64,000 nucleotides of DNA from Octopus vulgaris (lineage: Eukaryota). The stretch spans positions 10,726,001-10,790,000 of the forward strand of contig OX597834.1 in the NCBI GenBank assembly GCA_951406725.2. Direction: 5' to 3'. Both the position numbers and the translations under genes were made by a program. Of this stretch, positions 1-11,799 are shown piece by piece (the stretch's first letter is position 1; each line of letters opens with the position of its first letter). The notes under the pieces are model-generated. The model ran no database searches. It had not been told where the DNA came from and saw nothing but the letters and a program-made list of their open reading frames with translations.

Positions 1-380
1 CTTTATTCTCTAGAAAAACGACGACGCCGTGGTGATCTCATTCTCGCCCACAACATCATAAGCGGAAAGTGTAACCTTTCGAAAGAGCTGTTCTTCACTC
101 CTGCTCCAGAGCGTCGGCTGCGGGGTCACTCCGAAAAGCTCTATCTGCGACGATTTCATCTCAATCGAAGGAGTGGGACTTTCTCCGTCCGGGTTGCGGA
201 TCCGTGGAATAAGGTGCGGGACGAGATAGTAAAGATGCCGACGACTGTTCGGTTCAAAGTCTCTCTTGACCAGAAATGGCCAGAACTCTCCGCATGAACA
301 ACCTCCCTGTACAAAAATCCATGTCCCCCTACATGGCCTTGCTTTTTGGTTTTTGAGCCAAAAAATTAACTTAACTAACT
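1..380 (+). mobile_element. 3' end of a CR1-clade LINE (ORF2 C-terminus, stop at 295-297, short 3' UTR, TAAC-like tail), cut by the window edge
   Basis: Frame 1 reads LYSLEKRRRRGDLILAHNIISG...FF...LRGHSEKL...FSVRVADPWNKV...FKVSLD*, matching the CR1 ORF2 C-terminal pattern (LxSLExRRxRGDLI...RGH..KL...FSxRV..WN..FK..LD). It ends in ttaacttaactaact. Confidence 0.85.
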
Positions 381-559
381 ATATAATATTTGTAATTCAT
401 TACATTTCGCATTGCGTCTGTATCACTTCTATTCTATATTCATTTGAAATATTAGAATATCACAGACCTCTCTTCTATTTTGCATTTATGATGAAGGAAT
501 GGTGGAAGTGGCGGTATTAGTGTTGTTTCTTTTGGTGGTGTTGCTGTCATTGGTATTAG

Positions 560-1009
560 TGGCAGAATCGGTTGCAAGCCGGGCGAAATGCTTAGAGGTA
601 TTTCGTCTGCCGCTACGTTCTGAGTTCAAATTCCACCGAGGTCGACATTGCCTTTCATCCCTTCGGGGTCGATTAAATAAGTACCAGTTACGTACTGGGG
701 TCGATATAATTGAATTAATCCGTTTGTCTGTCCTTGTTTGACCTCTCTGTGTTTAACCCCTTGTGGGTAATAAATAAATAGGTATTAGTGGCAGAATCGG
801 TTGCAAGTCGGGCGAAATGCTTAGCGGTATTTCGTCTGCCGCTACGTTCTGAGTTCAAATTCCACCAAGGTCGACATTGCCTTTCATCCCTTCGGGGTCG
901 ATTAAATAAGTATCAGTTACGCACTGGGGTCGATATAATCGACTTAATCCGTTTGTCTGTCCTTGTTTGTCCTCTCTGTGTTTAGCCCCTTGTGGGTAGT
1001 AAAGAAATA
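560..1009 (+). mobile_element. Two head-to-tail copies of tRNA-derived SINE family A
   Basis: Two ~230-bp units with a B-box-like GAGTTCAAATTCC and tail AAAGAAATA. GGTATTAGTGG occurs before, between and after the units. Confidence 0.9.
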
Positions 1010-1139
1010 GGTATTAGTGGTGGTGGTGGTGGTGGTGGTGGTGCAGCTACTGGTAATGATGATACTGATAACTAACGATGACGATGAGGAAAGAGAGAAA
1101 AACGAAGTGGAAAGTGTAGGTAAGTATTTCTAGCTTCGA

Positions 1140-1537
1140 TGACGATCGTAATCTTAATAACGATCATGTTGACCATAGTCATTCTGATGAACATCATAAA
1201 GGGTAGGATGTTGAACGAACGTAATAGCTATTGTCATCTCTGTAATCGTCATCATCATCATTCATCATTCTCACCATTCCTCACCATCACATTCATTATC
1301 TTAATCATCATTATCATGATCATCATCATCATCATCATGATCGTGATTATCATCGTCATGATCCTCCTAATCATCATCACATGCACAACCACCCTCATGA
1401 TCATCGTGAACATCACCATCATCATCACCACCATCATCACCATCATCACCATCGTAGTCATCATCATCATCATCATCATGATCGTCACCATCATTACTAT
1501 CATCACCATCATCATCACCACCACCACCATCGTCGTC

Positions 1538-1569
<32 letters not shown>

Positions 1570-2015
1570 CACCATCGTCATCATCATCATCGTCGTCATC
1601 ATCATCGTCGTCATCATCACCATCATCATCATCATCAACATCATCATCATCAACATCATCATCATCATCATCACCATCATCACCATCATCATCGTCATCA
1701 CCGTCATCATCATCATCACCACCGTCATCATCATCATTGTCATCATCATCATTTCATCATTCATCATCTCATCGTCATCACCGTCATTATTATCATCATC
1801 ATCGCCTTCATCATCATCTTTCCTCATCGCAGTCGTCGTCATCATCGCGATCATCATCATAACCAACATCATCATCATCATTTCTTTATTCATCATCCCA
1901 TCCGTCACCATCATTATCATCATCATCATCATCATTTCATCATCCCATCGTCATCATCATCATCATCATCATCATCATCGTCTTCATCATCATCTTTCAT
2001 CATCGTCATCACCAT
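1140..2015. repeat. Imperfect (CAT)n/(CAC)n microsatellite
   Basis: Long degenerate CAT run; it produces the poly-Ile/His/Met pseudo-ORFs. Confidence 0.97.
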
Positions 2016-2231
2016 TCTTTTAGTAGAACGTAAGAACATGTGAACTGGTCAATAATATATAAAGATTGAAGTATTTTGAACAGCTTGGTACGTATATATT
2101 AATAAGATAAACGATACAGAAAGTAGATCGTTGTGTTGTAATGACATCAACTGACGCTTTTTTCCTGATGTTGTATATTTAAATTAAGTCATACAAAATA
2201 TGAAAACAAAACTAAGAAATAAATATCTATT

Positions 2232-2452
2232 TATTTATCATATAAAATAAGTTTACATTTCTACACAAAAGACGTTGCCCTAACAGGACACCTTACATGA
2301 TAAAAAAAACAGTCAAATCCCAAACCACGGTTAAGAATAATTTTGAAATTATTCTTAACCGTGGTTTGGGATTTGACTGTTCTTTTTAGCATGTAAGGTG
2401 TCCTGTTAGCGTCTTTAGTGTAAAAACGTGCGCTAGTTTTATATGATAAATA
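2232..2452. repeat. Fold-back palindrome with ~110-bp arms and a 2-nt centre, probably an inverted Penelope-type pseudo-LTR remnant or a MITE
   Basis: taacaggacaccttacatg...caaaccacggttaagaataattt-tg-aaattattcttaaccgtggtttg...catgtaaggtgtcctgtta; outer arms tatttatcatataaaa / ttttatatgataaata. The origin is inferred. Confidence 0.8.
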
Positions 2453-2464
2453 TGTTGTCTATTG

Positions 2465-2766
2465 GTGGAGGCACATGGCCTAGTGGTTAGAGCAGCGGAT
2501 TCGCGGTCGAGGGATCGCGGGTTTGAATCTCAGACCGGGCGATGTGAGTGTTTATGAGCGAAACACCTAAGTTCCACGCGGCTCCGGCAGAAGGTAATGG
2601 CGACACTTCTGCTGACTCTTTCGCTACAACTTTCTCTCACTCTTTCCTCCTGCATCTAGCAGCTCACCTGCAACGGACCTGCGTCTCGTCCAGGTGAGAA
2701 ACCTTACGCCAAGGAAACCGGGAAACCGGCCCTTATGAGCCAGGCGTGGCTCGAGAAGGAACAAAC
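2465..2766 (+). mobile_element. tRNA(Arg)-like SINE family C, tail variant 1
   Basis: A-box TGGCCTAGTGG, B-box GGTTTGAATCTC, TCG-like anticodon loop; TSD-like atgttgt(c/g)tattg on both sides. Confidence 0.85.
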
Positions 2767-3380
2767 ATGTTGTGTATTGACTATTTTATTCACGGTAGAA
2801 AAAAAGTCCAAAATTTTCCTACCCTATATCAATTTTCTAAATATGATATCTATCTATTTAGGTTCGCTCTTGAACTAAAATTCTATATAATACAAAGCAG
2901 TATGTCATCACACATCAACTTTTTCTACAATCCTCGTCACGAGAAGATAAAACTTAGTAAAATATACAATACCTGAACGCGGTATAACCTACATGTTAAG
3001 AATACATTTAATGCAATTAGCACTGCGCATATGTATGTATTTCCTTTTCTTCATGCGTGAGTCAGCATCCGTATGTGTGCACGTCTATATATGTTACCGT
3101 GCTCCTTGCTTGATTTTGTATTTATTTGTAGGTTCATAAACGTTACGTCTGTTGGCTGATATATAAGAATAGTTACAAGAAAGATCTGGTTTCTAACAAG
3201 AGTGAAAGCTATATCGCATTAATTTGGATTGCAAAGAATATAATAAGTGTTGCATTTTGCAATATCTTGTATGTATTTCCTACTTAGCTTACACAATGTA
3301 TATGCAAAGTATCCGTTAATTGGGATCGTTCTTTATCAGAATATACTAACTTATCGAAAACTACCAAATGCATCAATATT

Positions 3381-3764
3381 GTGGAAGCACTCCGTCGGTT
3401 GCGACGACGAGGGTTCCGGTTGATCCGAATCAACGGAACAGCCTGCTCGTGAAATTAACGTGTAAGTGGCTGAGCACTCCACAGACACGTGCACCCTTAA
3501 CGTAGTTCTCGGGGATATTCAGCGTGACACAGAGAATGACAAGGCCGGCCCTTTTGAAATACAGGTACAACAGAAACAGGAAGTAAGAGTGAGAGAAAGT
3601 TGTGGTGAAAGAGTACAGCAGGGATCACCACCATCCCCTGCCGGATACTCGTGGAGCTTTAGGTGTTTTCGCTCAATAAACACTCACAACGCCCGGTCTC
3701 GGAATCGAAACCGCGATCCTACGACCGCGGGTCCGCTGCCCTAACCACTGGGCCATTGCGCCTC
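3381..3764 (-). mobile_element. SINE family C, tail variant 2
   Basis: The minus strand starts gaggcgcaatggcccagtggttagggcagcggac...ggtttcgattcc; near-identical to the copies at 61183 and 62285. Confidence 0.9.
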
Positions 3765-4045
3765 AATGTAAAACTTCATGCATCGGTAAAGGCCTTTATG
3801 CTTCGATGCAATTGCACATAAAATATTCCACGTCTCGATCATTTTCAATGCGATGTCCATGTTTGGTGGGTCGCTGACCTTTGTGGGTATACCTGAATTT
3901 TCTTTTCTAGCGAAAATAATTATATCAACTCTACTATTTTGAATAAAGTAGAAGTTACGATGGGAATGTTTTACAACTATTCATAGTTGCTTTGTTATTT
4001 TTTTTTTTCGCTGACGACGTCGTCTTTTGTTTCAGTAAGAAATTA

Positions 4046-4261
4046 GGATCTTTTCTGTTTGAACGGCAGTTTTTCTAGCGGTGTCATATGGAATTGTCAC
4101 CCATAATTATGACCCTAGTATCACAAATGTAAATAAACCCAATATGTTTCTTAAACGATGAACATATTCATACGGCACAGAATGCTTTTTTTTTTACCTC
4201 AGTAGACGTCAGTGATTGGTGGAAATTGCAGAGATTGAAGAAAAAAACAACAAATATCTTA
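4046..4261 (-). mobile_element. Partial inverted copy of the MITE at 5119-5546 (lacks the telomere-like segment)
   Basis: Starts with TIR ggatcttttctgtttgaacggcagttttt and aligns in reverse to ~5254-5546. Confidence 0.85.
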
Positions 4262-4537
4262 GCTGACTAAAAGAAGTAAAAAGAAAGACTATACACAAGT
4301 ATGCATATATGCCATATTTAGGGTTAGTAGACAAAAGGAAAAGATACAATGATTGATTGCAATAAAGGTATATGCTTTATTATTATTCATCAGACGCAAA
4401 ATTTCAAAAGTCTCTCAGGAACAACTTGCTTCATGTATGACCTTTGCTGCACTCATAATTTCTATGCACGAAACTTTCAGATCTTGTGTATTTTGTAACT
4501 TTCTGCATTTAAAAAATAACAGAAGTGCTTGCAAGCT

Positions 4538-4547
4538 CACACACACA

Positions 4548-4607
<60 letters not shown>
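4538..4607. repeat. (CA)n(CT)n microsatellite
   Basis: Direct reading. Confidence 0.95.
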
Positions 4608-4610
<3 letters not shown>

Positions 4611-5118
4611 TCTCACACATACATGCATGCAGATATACATAGAAACATTAACATGTTTTCATTTCATAAATGTATTATTTTTATTGATTCTTAAGTAGTT
4701 TTTAATTGACATTCAAATATATTTCTTGATAATGTTTACTCTTTTCTTTTCGAACACTGCATATATCTTAACTCAAAGTCGCATTTCATTTCCTTTAAAT
4801 TCAATTCCAATTTCTTTCCATTTAATTGCCGCTAAGTTTTAATTATTCATTATTAGCGAAGTAATTGACTTAAAAACTTAATGCCTATTTGTTTTCCTTT
4901 TCTATTCAAACATTCATAAAAGTTATGATTCAATCGAATTTTCACATTTTTATTTAAAATTGTAATGTTTGCAAGCAAAGAAATTATTAACGTTCTCAAT
5001 ATACACCAGAACGTCAGTTTTAGATATACTGTATCTCATAATATATTATGAAATGCCTTGTTCGTTAACTGCAGTTTAACCCTCATTGAACAGATGCATC
5101 ATTGAAGGAAATAATCTT

Positions 5119-5546
5119 GGATCTTTTCGGTTTGAACGGCAGTTTTTAACATAATTTCTAGGTAACTAAAAAATTTTAAATTTCGCATACTGGTAGAATG
5201 TGTTTATAAAATATATTTTTCTCTTAGCTTTATTGAGAAAATTCTATAGTTTGTAAGATATTTGTTGTTTTGTTCTTCAAGTTCTGCAATTTCAACCAAT
5301 CAGTGACGTCTATTCAGGTAAAAAAAAACATTCTGTGCCGTATGAATATGTTCCTCGTTTAAGAAACAGATTGGGTTTATTTACATTTGTGAAGAAAAAA
5401 TGATACCCTTCCCCCACCCCTAACCCTAACTAACCCTAACCCGAAAACAGATTGAAATGCAATAGATCGATTCTAGGGTCATAATTATGGGTGACAATTT
5501 CATATGACACCGCTAGAAACAACTGCCGTTAAAACCGAAAAGATCC
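5119..5546. mobile_element. Non-autonomous DNA transposon (MITE) with ~26-bp TIRs starting GG and 8-bp TSD ATAATCTT; possibly Merlin-like
   Basis: TIRs ggatcttttcggtttgaacggcagtt / aactgccgttaaaaccgaaaagatcc; ATAATCTT at 5111-5118 and 5547-5554; internal (CCCTAA)n at ~5418-5442. The superfamily is inferred from the GG termini and 8-bp TSD. Confidence 0.85.
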
Positions 5547-5554
5547 ATAATCTT

Positions 5555-5765
5555 TTCTACTATAGACACAAGACCTGAAATTTTGGGAGAGGAGGCTAGT
5601 CGATTACATCGACCCCAGTTCTCAACGTGTACTTAATTTATCGACACCGAAACGATGAAAGGTAAAGTCGACCTCGGCGGAATTTGAACTCAGAACGTAG
5701 CGACGGGCGAAATACCGCTTAGCATTCCGTAGAACATGCTAACGATTCTGCTAGCTCACTGCCTT
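5555..5765 (-). mobile_element. SINE family A (older tail variant)
   Basis: Reverse complement of the family A head and body; flanked by tcatt(g/a)aaggaa(a/c)taat. Confidence 0.85.
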
Positions 5766-6134
5766 TCATTAAAGGAACTAATTTAGTGACGATGATGGAG
5801 TGTTCTCTCGCCATATCACGGTTCACCTATCGTGGTTTAATTTTTGTTATAAAATAAATATATACAAATTATAAAATTAAATATATATATATATATACAG
5901 TACAGTTCTGATACTACTTCGCTAATTTTCACCTATTTTTGTACAGCAATTTTGGATATCGTTATTATTCCATCGTTTCAAATCTGGCTTATTTTCTGTA
6001 TCTAAACTTGTAAATTGATAATGTTGAGAAAAGGTAAACGCCATTTTTTAGAGGTAATCGAAATGTTTCCCTTGCCATTTCCTTACCTGCTGTTGGAATG
6101 TTTTGCCGTGGTATCTGCGTGGTATTGGCGTTAA

Positions 6135-6410
6135 TATGCAATAGGGAAATGCAAAGATATCATATCTATAAGTTTCGCATCGGAGTATTGGGTTCAATAC
6201 CAACCAATCTGAAAAAAAAAAACATCTGAAAACATTATAGATACCCTACAATCTAGATGTATTGAAAAAGTTAGCATTGCTTGGAATTTCACGCATATTG
6301 TTTAGTGTACTGTCTGTCTGAGGTCCTTGTTGTGACAAACAGTGCAAACAACCGGTAGATACAATATCTTCAATCAACAACTTAACCTTATTGTATACTG
6401 TGCGACGTCT
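6135..6410 (+). mobile_element. Decayed 3' end of an R4/Dong-clade LINE followed by (TAA/CAA)n
   Basis: Conceptual translation IGVLGSIPTNLKK..HLKTL*IPYNLDVLKKLALLGISRILFSVLSV* resembles the R4/Dong C-terminus (IGALG...LQKSALLGTARILRKVL). Confidence 0.7.
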
Positions 6411-7574
6411 ATAATAATAATAACAACAACAACAATAATAATAATAACAATAATAATAATAATAAATAAATTCTTATTTATTAATTTATAAATACATATT
6501 TATCTGTGAATTTGCGTGTGTAATCTGGGAATGCATACAATGAGCTTCTCTGCCCTAGGTGTATGGAAAACACTCGGCAAGAAACGGTAGAAAATTCGAA
6601 GAAAGAAGAAGAAAATAACAACAACAACAACAATAATAATGATAATAATAATAATAATAATAATAACAACAACAACAACAACAGAAATATGTAACAACAA
6701 ATAACATGATTGACTTGTGATAGATCTTCGGTTTTGTAGTTCTGCCTGGTAGAAATATCAGATCAATACCGTTAAACCAACACTTTACCATCACACAACA
6801 AATGAAAGAAACATTTGATAATATAGTGCTGCATATATTACCTGAAAATGATTTAGGTTGGCTACAGGTGGAAAGCTTTTACACAAGTCTGCTTTGTGTT
6901 AGCCTATTTGGGTCTAAACACACATGAACATCAATTTACACAGAGAATAAAAGTCTCCATTAAGAATAGGAAAAAAACATTCACGAAGAAAACAGAAACA
7001 GACTGACACCTTATTCATTGTTAACGGTAATTTTATTGTATTTTGTCTCCTGTAAATTCTGTAATGCTACCGGTTCCATTAATTTATGACGTGACTTCGA
7101 GCGTAAACACATTAATGGAGGAAAAATTAAATGAACACTCAACACCTACAGCCCAAACGATGTACGATAAATACAATGCGATAAATAGTTTGAGCAAAAA
7201 TGTCTTATCAGCAGACAAATAAACTGGTACCTGATAAAAATGATGACAATTCAAATAAATAGATTTCATACTACATAACAGCAAATAAAAGTCTGAAAAG
7301 AAACAAAAATGCATAAAAAGTGTGGAGACAGGTATGTTTCCATGTAATACGGATATTGTAAAACTTCACTCTGTGCTGAATACATATACAAGTCAATGTT
7401 ATATGTTAACATAGATAGGAGTATTAATGGTTATTGGTGTAGACAGCAGTTGAACACTGAATAGAATACAGAATACAGAAATATTATGAATTGTCTGTTT
7501 AGTGAGTACAGATGCCAGAAGAAGCAACCAAATTTCTCTTAAGAGATACTGTATCCTCTCAAAGAAAACAAAAG

Positions 7575-7751
7575 AAGTAGCTGCGTGGTAAGAAGATTGA
7601 TTCCCAGCCCCAAGGTTCCTGGATCAATCCCACTGCATGGCCCACATGGCAAATGTCTTCTAGGCAACCTAGAAGACACCTCAGATCGACCAAAGCCTTC
7701 TGGAGGGATTTCGTAGACGGGAACTGGAAGAAGCTGGTGGTGGTGGTGTAT

Positions 7752-7805
<54 letters not shown>

Positions 7806-8252
7806 TAGGAGGTTTGGAGATGATGTACAGGTATTTTATATTAGAAGAAATGAGGTACTCAGAAATTTGGATGGTTTTATATTTGCAGATATTTATTTGT
7901 ATTTTACATGTTTTTATACATCATATAACTTATATCATATATTAGCGCTTTCTCCCATTCTTGTGGGGTTTTCAAATATATATTTCTTTATTGCCCACAA
8001 GGGGCTAAACATAGAAGGGACAAACAAGGACAGGCAAAGGGATTAAGTCGATTACACCGACCCCAGTGCGAAACTGGTACTTAATTTATTGACCCCGAAA
8101 GGATGAAAGGCAAAGTCGACCTCGGCGGAATTTGAACTCAGAACGTAACGACAGACGAAATACGGTTACGCATTTCGTCCGGCGTGCTAACGTTTCTGCC
8201 AGCTCGCCGCCTGAGGGTTTTCAAAAAAAAAAAAATATATATATATATGCAC

Positions 8253-8307
<55 letters not shown>

Positions 8308-8495
8308 CGTTCGTCTACCCCCACCGCTTCACAAGCTGTATTGGTGTTTCTACTTTCCCGTAATTAGTGATAGACTAATTACAAGTTTCTTTTAAAAGAT
8401 AAGTGCTGGGATCGAATCATTCGACTGAAAATCCTTCAAGGCGGGTTCCAGTATAGCCGCAGTCTAATGACTGAAGAAAGTAAAAAGAAAAGAAA
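7575..8495 (+). mobile_element. Old SINE family B copy split at its internal microsatellite by later insertions, including a minus-strand family A SINE at ~7981-8211
   Basis: The 5' half (7575-7760) and 3' half (8255-8495) match family B; the intervening family A copy is flanked by a g(g/a)gggttttcaaa direct repeat. Confidence 0.75.
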
Positions 8496-8919
8496 ACATA
8501 GAACTCTTTCTATGATTTAATAATATATTCTTATCTAGCTGGGTGTAAAAAAATGCTGTGTATTTAAACGTTTCTTACTTCTCCATCACTAAGGTACTGA
8601 ATTTCTGACGACGGGAGTTACATGAGAATGTCTTTAGCTCCAAGGGTTTTGTTTGCTGGAGAATGTTTTGTTTATGCGCGGATATAGATTAGATAAATAT
8701 ATAAACTTACATGAGACAGAATCTCATACAATTTCTAATCACAAAATATTGGTCTAATTAAATTTATGCTAGAAGACACTCCGTGAGGAACAACTTGTAA
8801 TGATTGGTTCCGAAATGAATTTCTAAATCACAGTAATTATCTTAGAATAAATATGGTACATTTCGACCAGAAGTTTATGGAACAGGGTTCTGAACAAAAA
8901 CACTTAAATATATATATAT

Positions 8920-9120
8920 CGTGAGTACCGCTGCCGATTGTTTTCCTCTGTCTTCCCTTCTCGGGATCTTTCCTTATCCTATGTTTCCGACGAAGAGCTC
9001 CGCTCGAAACGTTAAACCCTCTTTCTTCCCTTCGTTTCTGAGCGTCCAATAATACTTTATTTGTTCCACGTGTTTTTTTTGTTTGTTTTTTTTTTGTGTT
9101 TTCTTGTTTGGATTAACTTT
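8920..9120 (+). mobile_element. Penelope-like pseudo-LTR fragment with a degenerate minimal hammerhead motif
   Basis: CCGACGA-a-gagc-tcc-gctc-GAAA-cgtta at 8987-9014; it departs from CUGANGA at one core position. Confidence 0.5.
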
Positions 9121-9455
9121 AAATATATATATTATGTATATAAAATATATATTCAAATATATTTCTATGATTGGCCTGCTACATTGATGAAACGGCAGCA
9201 AAAGCCAAATAGTATATATGTATAAGTGAGAAAGTTGAAATTAAATGAAAATTAAACAGAATATTCAATTCTTGAATCAAGGGAATTATTCGTAGGATTA
9301 TAGTGTAAAGGTGATTGCTTACGCCTGACTCAAATGGCATCTCGAGTTACGATCAACAGAATTGTACGTGTTACAAGTCTAGTACTTTGAAAAGTGGGTA
9401 TCATCAATTTGCTGTGCTTCTGTGCAATATCCATCAGAACGCTTCCAATTAACAT

Positions 9456-10478
9456 AAGGTTAACTGAATTTGAGGGTAGTAGTTTTTTCATAAATAATTG
9501 TAAAATTAATTTAAAAAATTAAATAGAATGTGGGATATATCACACCCCACTGCATGGACAGTATTTTACTATCCCGACAGAAGGTTAACTAAATTTGAGG
9601 GTAGAAGTTTTTTTTTATAAATAATTATAAAATTTTTAAAAAATATGGCGGATAAATCATACCCCACAGCACGAACGGTGTTTTAATATCCCGCCGCACA
9701 AACAGAAGGTTAACTGAATTTGAGGGTAGTAGTTTTTTCATAAATAATTGTAAAATTAATTTAAAAAATTAAATAGAATGTGGGATATATCACACCCCAC
9801 TGCATGGACAGTATTTTACTATCCCGACAGAAGGTTAACTAAATTTGAGGGTAGAAGTTTTTTTTTATAAATAATTATAAAATTTTAAAAAAATATGGCG
9901 GATAAATCATACCCCACAGCACGAACGGTGTTTTAATATCCCGCCGCACAAACAGAAGGTTAACTGAATTTGAGGGTAGTAGTTTTTTCATAAATAATTG
10001 TAAAATTAATTTAAAAAATTAAATAGAATGTGGGATATATCACACCCCACTGCATGGACAGTATTTTACTATCCCAACAGAAGGTTAACTAAATTTGAGG
10101 GTAGAAGTTTTTTTTTATAAATAATTATAAAATTTTAAAAAATATGGCGGATAAATCATACCCCACAGCACGAACGGTGTTTTAATATCCCGCCGCACAA
10201 ACAGAAGGTTAACTGAATTTGAGGGTAGTAGTTTTTTCATAAATAATTGTAAAATTAATTTAAAAAATTAAATAGAATGTGGGATATATCACACCCCACT
10301 GCATGGACAGTATTTTACTATCCCAACAGAAGGTTAACTAAATTTGAGGGTAGAAGTTTTTTTTTATAAATAATTATAAAATTTTAAAAAAATATGGCGG
10401 ATAAATCATACCCCACAGCACGAACGGTGTTTTAATATCCCGCCGCACAAACAGAAGGTTAACTGTATTTGAGGGCAG
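9456..10478. repeat. Tandem array of four near-identical 250-bp units, each a 125+125 bp dimer of diverged monomers
   Basis: aaggttaactgaattt recurs at 9456, 9706, 9956, 10205 and (as a variant) 10455; the second monomer aaggttaactaaattt at 9581, 9831, 10081 and ~10330. Confidence 0.97.
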
Positions 10479-10637
10479 TAGTTTTGAGGGGTATTCACAA
10501 ACTGTATATAGGCATCTAATACGTACTTAACGGCATTATTGGAATCCAGATTAATATTCATTCATTTTATGGTTTAGTCATGGCAGAGAAGCCATAATTT
10601 TGGGGACTTTTATATATGTTTAGAGTATACTATTTTG

Positions 10638-11027
10638 CTCTTTTATTTGTTTCAGTCATTTGACTGCAGCCATGCTGGAGCACCGCCTTTAGTCGAGCAG
10701 ATCGATCCCGGGACTTATTCTTTGTAAGCCCAGTACTTATTCTATCGGTCTCTTTTGCCGAACCGCTAAGTGACGTGGACGTAAACACACCACCATTGGT
10801 TGTCAAGCAATGCTAGGGGGACAAACACAGACACACAAACACACACGTATATATATATACATATATACGACGGGCTTCTTTCAGTTTCCGTCTACCAAAT
10901 CCACTCACAAGGCATTGGTCGGCCCGGGTCTATAGCAGAAGACACTTGCCCAAGGTGCCACGCAGTGGGACTGAACCCGGAACCATGTGGTTGGTTAGCA
11001 AGGTACTTACCACACAGCCACTCCTGC
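10638..11027 (-). mobile_element. SINE family B, full length
   Basis: Reverse complement of cgcaggagtggctgtgtggtaag...ggcaccttgggcaagtgtcttc...(TA/TG)n...ggcggtgctccagcatgg...gactgaaac. Confidence 0.92.
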
Positions 11028-11799
11028 GTATAATTCAACTCGAAGATTTACCGTTTCAGTTTCAGTTCAAAATGGTCTATCGTCAGTTCCATTGAAAGAA
11101 CATTTTACCGTATAGAACAGGTCGCAATATAAGCTGAAACAGCAACTACTGTGGACAAGTAATGTTATTCAAAGATATCTATTTATATATCAATATTTGT
11201 CTGCCTGCCTGTCTGTCTATCTATCTATCTAACTATCTGTCTGTCTGTCTAGAAATTGAGAGAGAGAGAGAGGTGAGAATTAGAATGATAGACAGACATT
11301 ACGAGCTGTCAAAATTCCCGCATTTTCCATGTATAACATTATTCTGCTGAAGACGCTACCTCGTGGATCTGAGCAGTAGGTTAGAACTTGGAAGCATGTG
11401 ATTCCATGACAAATATCTCAAACCAAACTCGCACGCATGGCTCCTATGACGTCCCCAACCACAAAAGGTTAAAGGGCAAATATATGATGATAAATCATAC
11501 AAAAATCTCAAAAACCTCATAAAAATTGCTAGAGGTACAAAAGAAGAGGTCCTTAAATTCTTAAAATTTAAAGTCTTGAAAACCTCAAAAAAGAAGATTG
11601 TGGTTCTTCTATAAAATCTTGTCAAATTAATGAAACATAAAATCTGAATTAATGGCGTCCTGAGATGTAAAAAAAAGTATAAATATTTGAAAAGGGTTCG
11701 CGATATATGTTGAATAGGCATAAGGGAAATATCTAAAGCAATCCAAAATAATGATGGATCCAGGAAATAAGCAATATGTTCTAAATAATTATCCAATAT

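Noticed and set aside
1139-2043. Long ORFs (294, 225 and 220 aa) rich in Ile/Met/His
   Set aside because: They are translations of a stop-free (CAT)n microsatellite. The same applies to 23358-24041, 33243-33699 and all YI/CV-repeat ORFs.
2465-2540. tRNA-Arg gene
   Set aside because: It is a tRNA-like head that continues into a SINE body with TSDs and has no proper acceptor stem or terminator.
5418-5442. True telomere or chromosome fusion site
   Set aside because: Only ~4 imperfect units, located inside a MITE.
5797-5840. Tigger/pogo-like TIR (gagtgttctctcgccatatcacggttcacctatcgtgg)
   Set aside because: No matching second end or transposase found; too weak to call.
7084-7314. Hydrophobic 76-aa minus-strand ORF with a possible acceptor at ~7231
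   Set aside because: No recognisable family; its composition is what AT-rich DNA gives by chance.
9456-10478. CRISPR array
   Set aside because: Units are contiguous near-identical repeats with no unique spacers, there are no cas genes, and the context is eukaryotic. The same holds for 31004-32118 and 19872-19984.
11356-11796. 146-aa minus-strand ORF
   Set aside because: Phe/Leu/Ile-rich antisense reading of A-rich DNA next to a LINE relic; non-ATG start and no motifs.
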